Below, in pieces: positions 49,320 through 62,291 of a stretch of DNA of 64,000 nucleotides (within the stretch, counting starts at the first letter, position 1; each line of letters begins with the position of its first letter). A model generated the notes under the pieces. The model saw nothing but the letters and a program-made list of their open reading frames with translations, searched no databases and was not told the origin of the DNA. The position numbers and the translations under genes were made by a program. Source of the stretch: Takakia lepidozioides (taxonomy: Eukaryota > Plantae > Bryophyta); the NCBI GenBank assembly GCA_030704615.1, contig CM060731.1:79918001-79982000 (forward strand), in the 5' to 3' direction.

Positions 49320-51601
49320 CTCCCCTAGCTAACCTTGTCACAAAGTTGATGTGAATCCCATAAAACAAGCATTCAACACTCAACCGCATGTAACGAGCAA
49401 CAAATGGGCAAGAGGCTCAAAGCAATACCTAAATCGGCCTCCTTGCTTGATGCTGCATTGAAAGCCAACAAACCACCTTCATTGCGATCCCTTCCGCAGC
49501 CAAAACCAAAGCAAGAATCTCACAAAATCTGCCGCCATCTCTAGGCTACGCGCATTGATACCTGAACGGCGATACCACTAACCGAGTTCCAGCGGAAAAA
49601 AACAAGTAACAACATCAACAAAGGTGAGCCCAGACCAGTCGGCTAGGGTATCGGCCTCCCCGAAATCCTAATCATACACTACAGGTAGGTTACTCTACGC
49701 ATTTCCTTTCTATCTGGAACCGGCTGGTAGGGGCTTCCATACCCGGGTGCATAACCGGGTTGATACCCGTATTTTTGTACATACCAGACCAACACCGGTA
49801 AACACCTAGGTACATACGATAACCATTGTACGAACAACCTACCAAGGGAGGCAGTAACTGGTGATTAGGTATGGTGATTAGGTATAATAGGTAGAGAGTA
49901 TGTGTTGAGGGCTGAGTTTGCGGTGCAGGGTAGAGTCTACCCTCTATATGTGTTACACCTGGGGAGTAGAGGAAACGTAACACATATAGATATTTAACAT
50001 CATAACACATATAGAATAAGAATATTTCAAAAATCACACTTAAAGAAGGAACACTTATAGAGAGCTTGAAAACTGGAATGTAACATTTATGGGAAAAAAA
50101 ATGATTATATGTATTACATCGGGTCATCAACAACAAAGTAGGAATCCAATCCAATGTTGATTGTCGATAGTCTCAAACATGCAACTTAGTGATATCCTTA
50201 TTCAAAGGATCGGCATTTTTCATCACCTTGGTGACATCTTCATCCTGTTGCTCTAAAAAACTATGAATATTGGCAAAACCCTCTTGAACAATTGAATAAG
50301 GCACACCATAGGAACGTCAACCTCCATCAAGCTGTCACAAAAAATTGCTTATATTAATGAGAGCCCATTTCATTAGCTGACTGTTGCAATGATCACATTT
50401 TAGTGAAATTAAACAGCCGCTCATGTTAGTAAAATCTGTTTCAGTAGCTGACTGTTTTAATGGTCCCATGTTAGTGGAAGTAAAGAATTTGAATGATCCC
50501 AGCTGACATGTTTAATTGATATATGTCATGACCTTAAACTAAGTACTAGTCTTTTATATATATATATATATATGTTTGAAAAAAATTAACACTTATCGAG
50601 GGCCATTTAGTAAAGGAGGGAGTAAAAATCATCATAACACATAACACCTAACACTTTGCTTTGTAAAATCTTTGGGAGTAAAAAAAAGATAACAGATAAA
50701 GAGGGTTAACAGATATGGAGGGAACATTTATGGAGGGTAGACTGTAGGGCGTAGCGAGTAGGCAGGCAGGTACGTAGCAGAGGGTGACAGAGAGTGCGAG
50801 AGTCTTGTGGTTTTGGTGAGGGAATCCCGACAGTCTGAGATTTGATGATGGATATGTGGAGGGGCAGGTGGGGTATTTCTATTCGAGACTGGGCCCAGAA
50901 AAGTAATAAGTGAAGAGACGGGAGTGTACCGAGAGAGGGGGAAGGGATGAATGGAGGGAGGGCGCGGGGCGAGGCATGATTGTAGGGAAATGTTTTTAGA
51001 CGGAGGGAGAATTTAGACAGGATTAGATTAGCAGAGGAGTCTCGGGAGGAGGGGAGGGCTCGCTCATCTCGTTGTCGTTTTCGCAGCCGCCTTCCCTCTC
51101 GGCAGCCACCCACCACGCTGGGTATTTATCTGCACTCCCTCGCTGCTTCTCACACCCTCGCTTTCTCCTTGCCATACATTGCCCCCTTCGCCCTCTCTGT
51201 CCCTGTCTCTCGATGTTCTCTGTCTGTGTCTCACCCAGTCGGCTTCCATCCGGCTTCCTTCCCGCTTGATTGTCCGCCTGATTACCGTCTCTCTGAATGT
51301 CTCATTCTGGGGGCAGGTCTATCTGTCGATACTGTTCTCCGGTTTTCCTCTAACCGAGCCGCTTTCGTTGTCTTGTCTCTCCAGATTTGGCGGTTTGGTG
51401 GTCTTGTAGTGCAGAGCCTCCTACTTGGGTTTGGGTATATGCTGTGTGGCCCGCCTCCGCCGTGGTTTCATTGTGCTCCACAACGCATTCTTGGTCCAGA
51501 TCTCAATCATCGACATCCACAACTTGGCATGTACAATTAACGTCTTTCTATCGCCTTCCGGGTTGAAGGCCAGGCGGAATCAATCACCCGGTTCAGCCAC
51601 C

Positions 51602-52060
51602 ATGACGCCCACAAAGAAGTTTGTCAAGTTTGTGAAGAAGAGCCTAAAAATCTCACCGGCTGTGCTCAGCTTGGACAGATCTCGTAGCTACTCCAGCTTC
51701 ACGCGTCACACCTCCTTGGCGGACGAGCTGGCATCTTTGGAGAGCCCGCAACCGTCCTTCCAAACTGTGAGGTGGGAGTCCGACCTTGAGTGCACCTATC
51801 CTCCCACTGATGTGCCCAAGGGCTGCCTGGCGGTTTATGTGGGGCGAGAAAGAAGAAGGTTTGTTATCCGAGCTGGCTATTTAAACCACAATGTCTTTCG
51901 TGTTTTGCTCGCAAAGTCTGAGGAGGAGTTTGGGTTTGACAACCAAGGGGGTCTACGAATTGCGTGCGAACCTGATCTGTTCGAGCGGTTGATGTGGCGG
52001 TTTGAGGGAGGGCACTCCCATCACCTACAAGTGGAAGATTTGGTGGGTTTATCTAATTGA
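51602..52060 (+). CDS. SAUR: SAUR (small auxin-up RNA) family protein
   Basis: DVPKGCLAVYVGRERRRFVIRAGYLNHNVFRVLLAKSEEEFGF..QGGLRIACE; uninterrupted ORF. Start codon is tentative. Confidence 0.93.
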   Translation: MTPTKKFVKFVKKSLKISPAVLSLDRSRSYSSFTRHTSLADELASLESPQPSFQTVRWESDLECTYPPTDVPKGCLAVYVGRERRRFVIRAGYLNHNVFRVLLAKSEEEFGFDNQGGLRIACEPDLFERLMWRFEGGHSHHLQVEDLVGLSN

Positions 52061-53085
52061 TTAAGAGAGGAGAAGGAAAACTCGCAGGAGTTTGTGTGGT
52101 AGGGTTTCGAAGTGGCTCAGGACTCTGAAGGGTTGTATCGGCAGATGGGTGTCAGCCAGGCATGGTATAGTGTGAGCCATTCCAGAGATGAAAAGTCTAT
52201 CGACAAACTTTGTTGGAGAGCGAAAGAATAGAGACGTGAGAGGAGATTCACGTCATACTGTCGCAAACTTCGCCATGATGGCCGGAGCTTCAAACAATGC
52301 TTGTCACCAACCTTCTCTCGTTTCACTCCTTGAGCACTGTCTCCCCGCTCAAGATCTCCAAATGATAAATGCGGAATCCCGCAACAAATGCTATGTACGC
52401 GAAGACCGAAGGCCAATCCTGTCTCCAGTCATGGAAGTTGGCATGTGGCAAACTTCTTTCAGCAAAATGTGCTACCCTATTGAAGGAGGGAGGGTACCTG
52501 AATCTCTCACACGTGCTTTTGGCAAACATTGCTTCGATCTGCAATGGCAGTCTACTGAAACAAAAGTGCTTTGGGAGCGTAGCACGCTCCATGAAAGAAT
52601 TACAAAGGTCGTGATGTCTTCATGACTCCAGAAATCCTCTCTTTTTGTTAGTTTTGGTTAACATCGACTCATGAAGTGGTTCCCTCCACACATCAGTGCT
52701 TGGCTTCCTTAGTCAGCCGGTTTGTGAGACTGAAACACACAGCACCTATGGCTGTGTACTCTGCCCAAGTTCTTTCAATGAGAGGATGTTCACCTCTTAC
52801 AAGGTCAATCCGAAGAGCAGATATGAGCAAAAGCCCATAGCGCCACATTTACTGAAGCCTGCAGAGGGACTTCTAAGAGTACATTGTCTTTTTCCTAACA
52901 GATTTTTTTAGGATCTCATTGTTTATGAGGCCTTGAATGTAATTGTAACTGTCGCTCAGAAATATGGATAAACTCAATGGAGTTATTTCTGTGCTCTTTT
53001 CTGGGTGTTTGAGCCCTTTTGGCTCCTGTTTCATAGAGACTGCTACAGAATGTTTCCCTCTGCTGCCTGTTTTCCGAGATTGCTC

Positions 53086-53320
53086 TGTAAGCTTATTAGT
53101 TCCTGAAGAGCCTGGGGGTCATAAGAGGACAACCTTTGTGACGAACACTTGATAATGTTGACAGTCTTTTGACCCTTCTGCATGTGAGTGTGTTCATAAA
53201 TCTTTCGAGATTGCTAGATGTAAGCTTATTAGTTCAGAGGGTGGGGGTCATAAGAGGACAACCTTTGTGACGAGCACTTGATGATCTTGACAGTCTTTTA
53301 ACCCTTGTGCGTTGTTTGTG
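53086..53320. repeat. Local ~130-bp tandem duplication (2 copies)
   Basis: TGTAAGCTTATTAGTTC...GGGGGTCATAAGAGGACAACCTTTGTGACGA...TTGACAGTCTTTT at ~53086 and ~53219. Confidence 0.85.
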
Positions 53321-54279
53321 AGTGTGTGAGACAACAGTGTATTCATTGATCACTGCTTGCCAGTCATGAAGATGCTTTAAGTCTAGTGCAATCCGTCCTA
53401 CCGTCGAAAACTAGAACTTCAGTTTGCACTTTATTGCTGCATCCTTTGGTCCAATCTTTTAAGACTTCAACCCCGGCTACCACCAGTGTTCACCATCGAT
53501 TACCCCATAACAGAACCATTCCTGCATGTGTCGGCGGGACCAGGGAGTGGTCGGTACCCTACCATGTACATCTTGTATACAGAAAAGTGGCCATACTAAT
53601 GAACGGCTTTGCTTGTTTCAAGATAACTTGTCTGCCGTAGGTATGGAACGACTCATTTCTTAGTCGTTGCCTGCAAAATATACTGTTCCGTATCAATCAC
53701 ATGAGGGCCACCAATCCAGGCACAGATCGTGAAGTAGGTAGGAGAGAGTAATGCCCTGAGCTTTTTCCTTGATATATGCAGCAGAGAAAAGAGCAGCGTC
53801 AATCGCTCTCAGTGAAGGGGGAAAAATGGCCGGTGTACTTGCCCCCGAAGTTATGGCTGACTACCCGAGGTATTCTCCTCTCTTCCACGGACAATAAGCT
53901 AACTTAGCGGCACCCCATGAGAGGCTGCCCGATCAAGAACATGGCATGTGCAGTAATGGCAAAGAAAGAAGTGTGAGATCAGCGTATCAAAAGCAGAACT
54001 ACTTGTTCCCATCTACTCAACGTTTTCACACACTCAACATTTGTTCCTCGCTCCGTTACATTCCTGGCATGAGCACATCTTAATGCCCGACGCATCTAGT
54101 CTTCTTGAGCCGGCGCTCTAGTCTCGAGCTATTTTTCAGGGCTCGAACAAGGATTATTGATCCAACTTGATCTGAAGGTTTGGACGAAACCCGGCAGTGC
54201 CCTCTGTAAGCTGTCATATACGGCACTTGCTAGTCTAATTGATGGACAGGACACAACATATACAGGATTAGCAAGGTAA

Positions 54280-56212
54280 GTGTGGTTGAACGCTTCTCAT
54301 CATCTGCAATTGAATCCAGTCATATTTGAAGGTGCGCTTGGCTGCTCTAGCTGTTCCCAATCTTCTCAAACACAACTGCCAGTGCACCATTGTATGGCGA
54401 CATGTGACAAGGCTATATATTTTGAACCTGGGGCTTGAGAGGCAGCACTAGTCTGTTGGGCAAATGCAATGCAAGGTTGTTGGCTCGTACTAATCCTCTG
54501 ATGCACAAGCAATTGACGAGTCTATTCAACAGCGAACTCCTGAACTTCAAGGATGGCATTAAGTGATGCTTATTGCAAGGCTTCGTATTTCTACTGACAT
54601 ACATCACCCAGATTTCAGTGGCTCTAGACAACAGCTCTAGAATTGAGCACCAAATCAGCCAAAAGGAAAGCAATTTGATGCACAGAAATGAAATGAAATG
54701 GTTCTTTCTAACGTCAGCGGAAAGCTCATAGAGCTTATGGGACAATTTGATGCACAGAAAGAGGAGATTTGTCAGAAAGAGCTCCCTAACTCCAGGTGGT
54801 CAACGACATCTGTTTGGAAGTGTACATGCACTCAATCACCGTGAATGGAGCAGAAGAGAAAGGAAGGGAGATGTTCCTTTTTGTTCTTTTTCTGGTAACA
54901 TCCATGGGGTTGAAATTCAGAGTTTTGCTAGACCCTGATACTAGGTCGTACCACAGAGTGGCTGAGTAATGAGTGTTGTGTGTGAGAGAGCACTAAACGA
55001 TCTCTTCTTGGATACTTGTAACAGCAAGCGGACTACTTGGATTTGACACTTACTCCAAATGATCAGTAAAATTCTTCAATTAAGAAGGAAGTGAATGTAG
55101 AGTCACAATCGTGCTCATAAGACAATTATGTCTAGCATGTTCTGATCAAAATTGTGCAAAGCAATTTTGCACAGGGTTAGTGCAAAGCTTGACAGGTGAA
55201 ATCTTGTGCAGGATCCTTCCGCTTAAATTCCTTACAATCGATAAATATCCACATTGTTTGGTGCTTGCAAAATGCCGAGATTACCGCCCAACTTGCAGGG
55301 GCCATTCAGAGACTGGTCACCAACAATTTCTCATAACCTGCCCCCGAAAGGTGGCTTTGAACACGGATGCTACAAATTCTCCTGGCACCAGTACTGCTTC
55401 AAACAACGCCTGAACAAGATTTATAGCATTTTCGCAATCTGACCCAACACTCTTGGAAATTAGGTCAATTCGCACTGCGCAGCCATCAGCCGTCCCAGCA
55501 GGTAGACTCTGCTCTCCCTCATCTGTTCCATCAGTCCAGCACCCACAACAGAAATATTGCCATCCCTTTCAAAAAGCTAGGCATCACATCATGTAGTTTC
55601 CTGAGATTTCTATAATATTAACCTTCAAGCTGCAGGACTTGATGCCTTCCACCCCTCTAGAAACGCGTGCAACGCAACAATACAGCCAGCCAAGTGCCTG
55701 CGCTACTGTTTGATGAGGATATAAGAAAGAGGAAGAAAGATATAATTTATTACATGAATCAAACATACTGCAGAGAATCCCACACCAAATGGGTTGAAGT
55801 CTGGGGACCCCCTCTTCTACCCCTTGTTCCACTCGAAAGTCCAACCACAAGATTTCAATGTACAGCAATTACTGAAACATGCCACAATTCTTGACTGTAC
55901 AAAAACACCATTTTGTGTGTACATGGAAGGCAGAGAGATTATATGCATAGATCTACAAGTTTGGCCATCATAACATACTGTACACACCATTGCAGACGTA
56001 CGGATACATCTCCCCCCTTCCAATTGGGTTACAAAGTCTTTAGTACATAGCTGTACATATTCATTGCGAATGTCATGTGCATTAGAGGAAGACTAAGGAG
56101 CTTTTGAAGTGCCAGTTTTACCTCTGTGCTTTGTACGAGATGTGAGGCCAATGCAGGTCTATCGAATACCAGCACAGTCCATCGACGATGCTGCAAGGGC
56201 TTTCAGCACCCT
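54280..56212 (-). pseudogene. Decayed inverted duplicate of the alpha/beta-hydrolase gene (exon 3 onward plus 3' flank)
   Basis: Reverse complement matches exon 3 (GGCCTCACATCTCG..CACAGAGGT, ~56110-56212), exon 4 (TCAACCCATTTGG, ~55770-55833), intron/exon 5 (CTCATCAAAC..GCGTTTCTAGAGG, ~55655-55718), exon 6 (~55280-55540) and 3' flank 24350-24490 (~54280-54386). Confidence 0.85.
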
Positions 56213-56866
56213 TTAGCAAAACTGTTACTGTAGTCGTGTATTAGTGAGAAAACCATGTAGAAATAAATATAGACGTGGATAGTTGCCGTTCATTTACATG
56301 CTGTTACAATTGGTGCCACGGTCTGCAGATACATCGTAGAGCACCACCTCTGCTCGGAGAAAATCTCCCTAAGAGACAATTATGTGAAACTTTCCCGAGT
56401 ATCAAAAGATTGTCATATCTATTCTACTGCCAGCGAATTCTGGAGTTTGCTGATCCAAACTTACAATCTGATGTAGTCAGGTGCCAAATCAGGCTTGTTT
56501 TAAAACTTTGGTTTGTACTTACATCCCCGCAGGCATCCTTTGGTCCAATATTAACACTCTAGCGCCCGGCTAATACTGCAGTTCACTATGGATTGCCCCA
56601 TGCCAGACACAACTGAACCATCCCAGCAGCTGCCACTGGGGGCACGAGGAGGGGAAGAAGCGAAGGCGGGACGGGTGCTCTGTCCCCTACCATGTGAAGG
56701 CCAAACTAATTCATCATGCTACTATACAAGTGGCCTAACCCCTCTCCTCTAATGGGTCCAAGGACTTCATAGATTCTCCATTCCCTTGCCCAAGACGGTC
56801 TCCCTAGACTGCAACATGACTGCGCTCCGATTCTCCAAAGCGCCCGGATTCGCGAAATACGTGAAT

Positions 56867-57343
56867 TTACGAGTAGGCACAGAATCCAACAAGCTCATCG
56901 ATAGGCTTGGTGCGAAGAGAAGGATTATTGGTCTCAATCAGCCAGAGAAGGTGCTCAAACAAGGCGACTTCACAAGCAATTGGAAGACCCCCCTTGTGCT
57001 CAAAGCCCAATTCCTCCGCTGATTTCTCTAACAAAGCTTTGAAGACCGCATGACTCAAGTACTCAGCACATATTACAAAGCGTCGCCTCTGTCTCCCCAC
57101 ATACACAGCCAAGAAGCCCTCGGGAACATCACTCGGAGGGGAATCTGGGCTCTCGTTATCCGAGTCCGAATCACTGCTTGTCAAGCAGCCCGAGCGTGAC
57201 CTCGCCATCCTTTTTCTGGGGCTTTCTTTTGAACTTCTTGGAGATGATTCGAGATTGTGATACGGCTGGTTAGGGTTGGCAATTCTGTGCTGCAACTTCC
57301 TAACAGCCCGATGCATCTTTTCTGCCACTGCGCCTCTCGACAT
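56867..57343 (-). CDS. SAUR: SAUR family protein
   Basis: DVPEGFLAVYVGRQRRRFVICAEYLSHAVFKALLEKSAEELGFEHKGGLPIACEV. Confidence 0.95.
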   Translation of the reverse strand: MSRGAVAEKMHRAVRKLQHRIANPNQPYHNLESSPRSSKESPRKRMARSRSGCLTSSDSDSDNESPDSPPSDVPEGFLAVYVGRQRRRFVICAEYLSHAVFKALLEKSAEELGFEHKGGLPIACEVALFEHLLWLIETNNPSLRTKPIDELVGFCAYS

Positions 57344-60300
57344 TGCGACTCTTCAAACGAAGATTGCGGATCATGCACAACTTCGCTAAGGATGCTTCGC
57401 TAAGGATGCTTCTTCATTCGGATGGATAGAAAGAGAGAGCCTTGGCACAGGCTAAAAATATGTGCTTCACTCCAAAGAAAAAAGAGAACGCAGGTTCGGC
57501 TGCGCTGTATCACATGATTATATACATGACACGATTCACAGAAAGAGGGAAGGAAATCAGGGTCAACAAATAAGGTAGTCTCCCATTGTCCTATAAACAT
57601 CGCTAACACACCTCGGTGAAAGCAAGACAGTAGAAGAAGCGTGCCCCATTTACTTGGATTCAACAAGTAGAATGAAAGTGATCGCAGACCAACATAAAAG
57701 AGAGACTCAGAGTCTACTGTGGCGAAGCTATGGAGAGAAAACACCGTAGAAGCGCGCAGCCAGCAACTAGACAGTTCAATGGAGATCTAACCACAACAAA
57801 CGTTCGTGCGACAGATACATAATACTGTCCGACACTCAACTCTTCGCAATCTGGAGTCCGATCCAGAAAACATATAGACAATTAAACCACACAACCCAGA
57901 GATCAACGGAGTAACAAAACTGTGAGAACTCTCGGTAACCAGGCAGTACTCCGAATGTAAAACCGCAGCACCGGCAGAGCAGAGATAGATATACAGCGAT
58001 CAGCCGCCAGAAGAAAAAGAAACCCTAAGAAACCCAATCTGACCTCCAAAGCGGAGCTACCAGATCATGAGCTCCGCACTCCCACACCTAGCGACGCTCA
58101 CGCTGCCAGGCCTGCAAGAAGAGCGAGCGAGCGAGAGAGAGAGGGCGGAGATGGAAGACCAAGACAAGTGTCTGCCCGTTTTATCCTCCCTCCTCTCTTC
58201 TCTCTTCCCCTTTTTCCTCTCTCTTTTCCACTTTCCCTCTCTCAATTTTTCCTTTCATTTTCTATTTTTCTTTTTGTTCATTCTTATTTACATTGTATAA
58301 ATATTAGCATTATATATAATTTCTAATTGACTGGATATTCTTACAGGTGTGAACAAGTAGCGTGTGCCAATCCAAGCGTCAGTCGCAACAGCGGACGGGT
58401 GCCATCCTGCCATGTGGCGGACTGCGCCACAGCCGAATCGCGCTGCGTCCCTGTTCCAGGGGGAGCCTCCACCGGGCGCTTGGGGGGACATCAACCAGCA
58501 GTGCTGTGTTGGCGACATGAGGCGTGGGTACATGGAGCCAGGACAAAGACATGGCACTAGTAAGTTGATCTGTTTTGGACGGTGACGGTAAAAGTCGGTG
58601 GGGTGGGTGGCAGCCCACACATTGACTTGCGAGAATATTATGAAGGGTACATAGTACATACGCGCCACAACAGAGCAGCCACTTTTGAGCCCATTTCGCA
58701 ATGCGCTACTTACTCAAATTCCCTCCCAAGCGTGCCGGTGGAAGGCATAGTATTTTGACCACACTGCGGCTGCAGCCTTCCGCGACGGGATGCCTCTACC
58801 CTCTTCACACCGCAATTCTTCCGTCGCTGGCGTGCGGGGGACTGCCCGCCGGCTGGTTGTCCATTCATGGAAGGAGTGCGAGAGTGTGATGGGACCACTG
58901 CTATTACAGACGTAAGGACCTTGGCGGAAGACAAGTCACACCGGTCATTGGCAAGTGGATGCTTATGTCTTCATTACACTGTTTTAGCAGGCCTTTAGAA
59001 GTGGAAAGCAACACTAGAGGGACCTCCCGACTCCCAACCCATGCAACACGACATAACCAGGGTGACTATTACCATAAACTTCCAGTGGCTTGCGTCCATC
59101 GGCCTTTGCCGGCACAATCCCACTTGCACCCGGGTTTTTTGCTCTTTTGCTGTATATATAAGGTAGACGAACCTATAATGGTTACCATTCAAAATGTGAC
59201 CCCTAAAAATATTTGTTAGATTGGCTCAAATGTGAACTCAGAAATGTCCGCTCACATGTACTGATCTGAATTAGGTTCATGACATTAGATACTCGTTGGA
59301 ATTGGAAACTATCTGCACGGTAAAGATCTTATATGACGCCGACCAAAGTTAGCGTATATTGAAAAGACCCGAGCGAGAGACTCAAGAGTGTTCCAACTTC
59401 AGCAATTGAAAATGACGTGAAAGAAAATATCAGTTGGTTTCCGAGATTGAGATTCCGGCGGAGCACGAGTTTTCCAGGATTTGAGGACCCCGGGGGCCCT
59501 CATATGCTTGAGAGGAGACCTCACACAGTTAGCAGCCAGTGAGAAGCGACGCTGCCAGCCGACCCCCGATAAGGCACTAGAATCACCATCACTCTCATCA
59601 TTTGGACCCACCCGCGCCCATCCAAGTGGAGGCGAGAAGGAGCTTGTGAATAACATTCCGCTCGCGTGTCGTATGCCGTTGTCGTCGGCCGTCTTTTCGA
59701 ACAATGCATTATTTTGATCAGATTAAATATGTGAATTTGTTTCAAAAACATTAAAAGAAATAATAGATTTGACCAGCTAGGACTGCGTTGACTTGGACTG
59801 AATGAACGAAACGTGCACAGCATGGATGAAAACAGGGAGAGCCCGGGACGGTACGTGCGTGGCTGCATTGTCCTTTGCCACGTGCGTCTGAGCCGCGTTG
59901 TTTCGTGACGGCCAGGTGTCAGTAACCAGTGTGATTATTTTTCTGATAAGATGAATAACCAAAAAAAATGAAGAAAACAATATAGGCGGCTCCTGACTAG
60001 CCTGGTAGACTAGTAACTGTATCCTGATTGTGAGGACTCTAGGTAGGTGCTAGGTTTTGGGCACCAACTTGTTTCCTGTGTATTTGTGAGCCTCATTGGT
60101 CGGGCGCCTTTACAAGGCTCCTTTGTATAGGGGGAAGGGCAGCTGATAAGGCCCTTCCACCGATTAAGAATGTGTGAGCGAGCATAGTAGCCCGAGTTCA
60201 CGCGTTCGAGAACGACGGAAGGGCGGAGCAGCTGCCCTTCACCAGCGTAAAAAAAAAAAAAAAAACAATCTGCCCCTTCAATGCCTCTCCAAAATCGTCA

Positions 60301-60891
60301 TCTTACAAAATTCGTAAGGCCATAGGTTTCTTAGGCGGGTGTAAGGTTAAAGGTCAGGATGAAACTTTCCGGGTGAGAAGGTAATAATTTTAACAAAGGG
60401 AATTTCTAGGCTGTTTTTGATGTTGCGGGTATTGTAATGTGAGTTACATGGCGTCCACCTTCTTTCTAAGAAGCAAATTGCCAAACATGGTAAGAGCAAC
60501 GATGGACCAGGTAATGGGCCCCTTGTGTGAGTAGAAGCTTTGGCAGTATTATATGAACCCTAACATCTTGGGGAGGATAAAATGGAGCCCACAAATATTG
60601 TGATGGCAGCACCTTCTTTGCACTACCTATTAGAAAATATGTTTCCGGCTATGACTTTGAAGAGCAAGCTCTAAAATTATGGGATAATGAGCACCTTGAG
60701 AGTCCCTTACACTTTCCCCATCCATCGACGTGCATTATAAATATAGATGTATATCCTAACGAAACGCTTGCGTGATCCATGGGAGGGTTGCCTTTGCACT
60801 CCAACATTAGAGGAGGCTCTTATAGTTCTATTGAATTGAGAGGCCTATCTCTGGGAGGGTATATTGTAATATAGTAATTGAGGGTATGTTC

Positions 60892-61398
60892 CAGTGTTGG
60901 ACTGGTATCAAGTTTTTTACATACCAGTCTGGTCCTGGTACTAGGCATATCACAAAGTTTTCATACCAGTCTGGTCTATATAATGGTGGATGTATATTTT
61001 TCCAGATACTGGTGTGAGTATCAGTATCATGACCACAATACCAGCTGGTATGAGATATCAACTCTGGTATCATCCTTTATGTGTATTATATTTATTTTCA
61101 CTTGATACTTGCTATATGATAAACTTGCCATAATTGATGGCTTTAGAAGTTAATATACATAAATACAAATATGTAGGCAAATGTACACATAAATTAATAT
61201 GGTACACATACCAGAGTAAATGAGGTAGACCACGGGGGAGTAATGGTATTGTGGCTGGTATGAGAAAACTGATACCAGCCTGGTCTGGTATATGACCAAG
61301 TATTCTCCCAAACGATACCAGACTGGTCTGATATCCAATACCAGTGCATATACCAGTACTTTATACCAGTCCTTCACCTATATACAAGTCCAACACTG
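60892..61398. mobile_element. hAT-type MITE
   Basis: 8-bp TSD GTATGTTC (60884-60891 and 61399-61406). TIR CAGTGTTGGACT.GTAT. Many ATACCAG/CTGGTAT motifs. Confidence 0.9.
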
Positions 61399-61879
61399 GT
61401 ATGTTCCTGTTAGCTCGATTCTTTCATTTCTTTGACATCATTGTAACGAAGGTTTCCATTCACACATCCGCCACCCTTCAAGTGTCACCTTGACATGGTG
61501 TGGGTTGTCGGTGGGCCGTCTCCCACCCTACAGGCTATTAGTTTGCTTGCTCCAATATAAATACCACCATGAAAGTTCATGGTAGTCTTAGTTTGATACA
61601 AACATACTATTACATTTTTTTTTTTACTTTTCTTAACATAACATATTCCTAATATGCCTTCCAAATATTCTTCAGCGAAACGAAAATCGAGAAACTAAAA
61701 AATTTGCGAAACTATTTCTAACTGCTCACATAGGCCCTCACAGCAACACTCAAGAAACAAGGGGATAAACATGTTACCCTATAGGCGTACGCTATGCTCA
61801 CCCGATACTAGGCCCTTTCCATGATAGTCTTGAGAAAAGGGCGCTGAGTTGTCACGCCCCATGGATAATTTATCGAGAT

Positions 61880-62291
61880 GAAACTCTCTCCCAAAACTAC
61901 TACTTAATTTTAATTTCTCAATGCAAAATTAAAACTCTCACTCCCGAAACTACCACTTACTTTTAATTTCTCAATGCGAAAATGAAACTCTCACTCCCGA
62001 AACTACCACTTACTTTTAATTTCTCAATGCGAAATTGAAACTCTCACTCCCGAAACTACCACTTAATTTTAATTTCTCAATGCGAAATTGTCTCCCACCC
62101 CCCTCATATGGGCGAAGTGCCATGACCAAGGCCATATTCTTCTAAATTTTGACCATGCAAGTAACGCAGTCACTTTTTCACTCCCAGGTTCTCAATAAAA
62201 AAGGAATGGCTTCTTTCGTTTGAATCCATCCTTCCTCGCTCTCAATCCCCAAACTACTACTTAATTTTAATTTCTCAATGCAAAATTGAAA
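61880..62291. repeat. ~53-bp tandem repeat (4 copies plus a detached partial copy)
   Basis: AAACTCTCACTCCCGAAACTACCACTTACTTTTAATTTCTCAATGCGAAA units at 61880-62090; partial copy at ~62240-62291. Confidence 0.9.

Larger units (their letters stand above)
35085..49797 (-). mobile_element. hAT DNA transposon (autonomous-type, decayed), interrupted by the Gypsy element
   Basis: 8-bp TSD GTAAACAC (35077-35084 and 49798-49805). TIR CGGTGTTTGGTTTGGTAT vs CGGTGTTGGTCTGGTAT. Transposase inside. Confidence 0.92.

Noticed and set aside
51200-51380. TGTCTC auxin-response elements upstream of the SAUR ORF
   Set aside because: They lie in a CT-rich tract where the hexamer is expected by chance, probably within the 5' UTR.
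61880-62090. CRISPR-like array
   Set aside because: Units are contiguous with no unique spacers; eukaryotic context and no cas genes.
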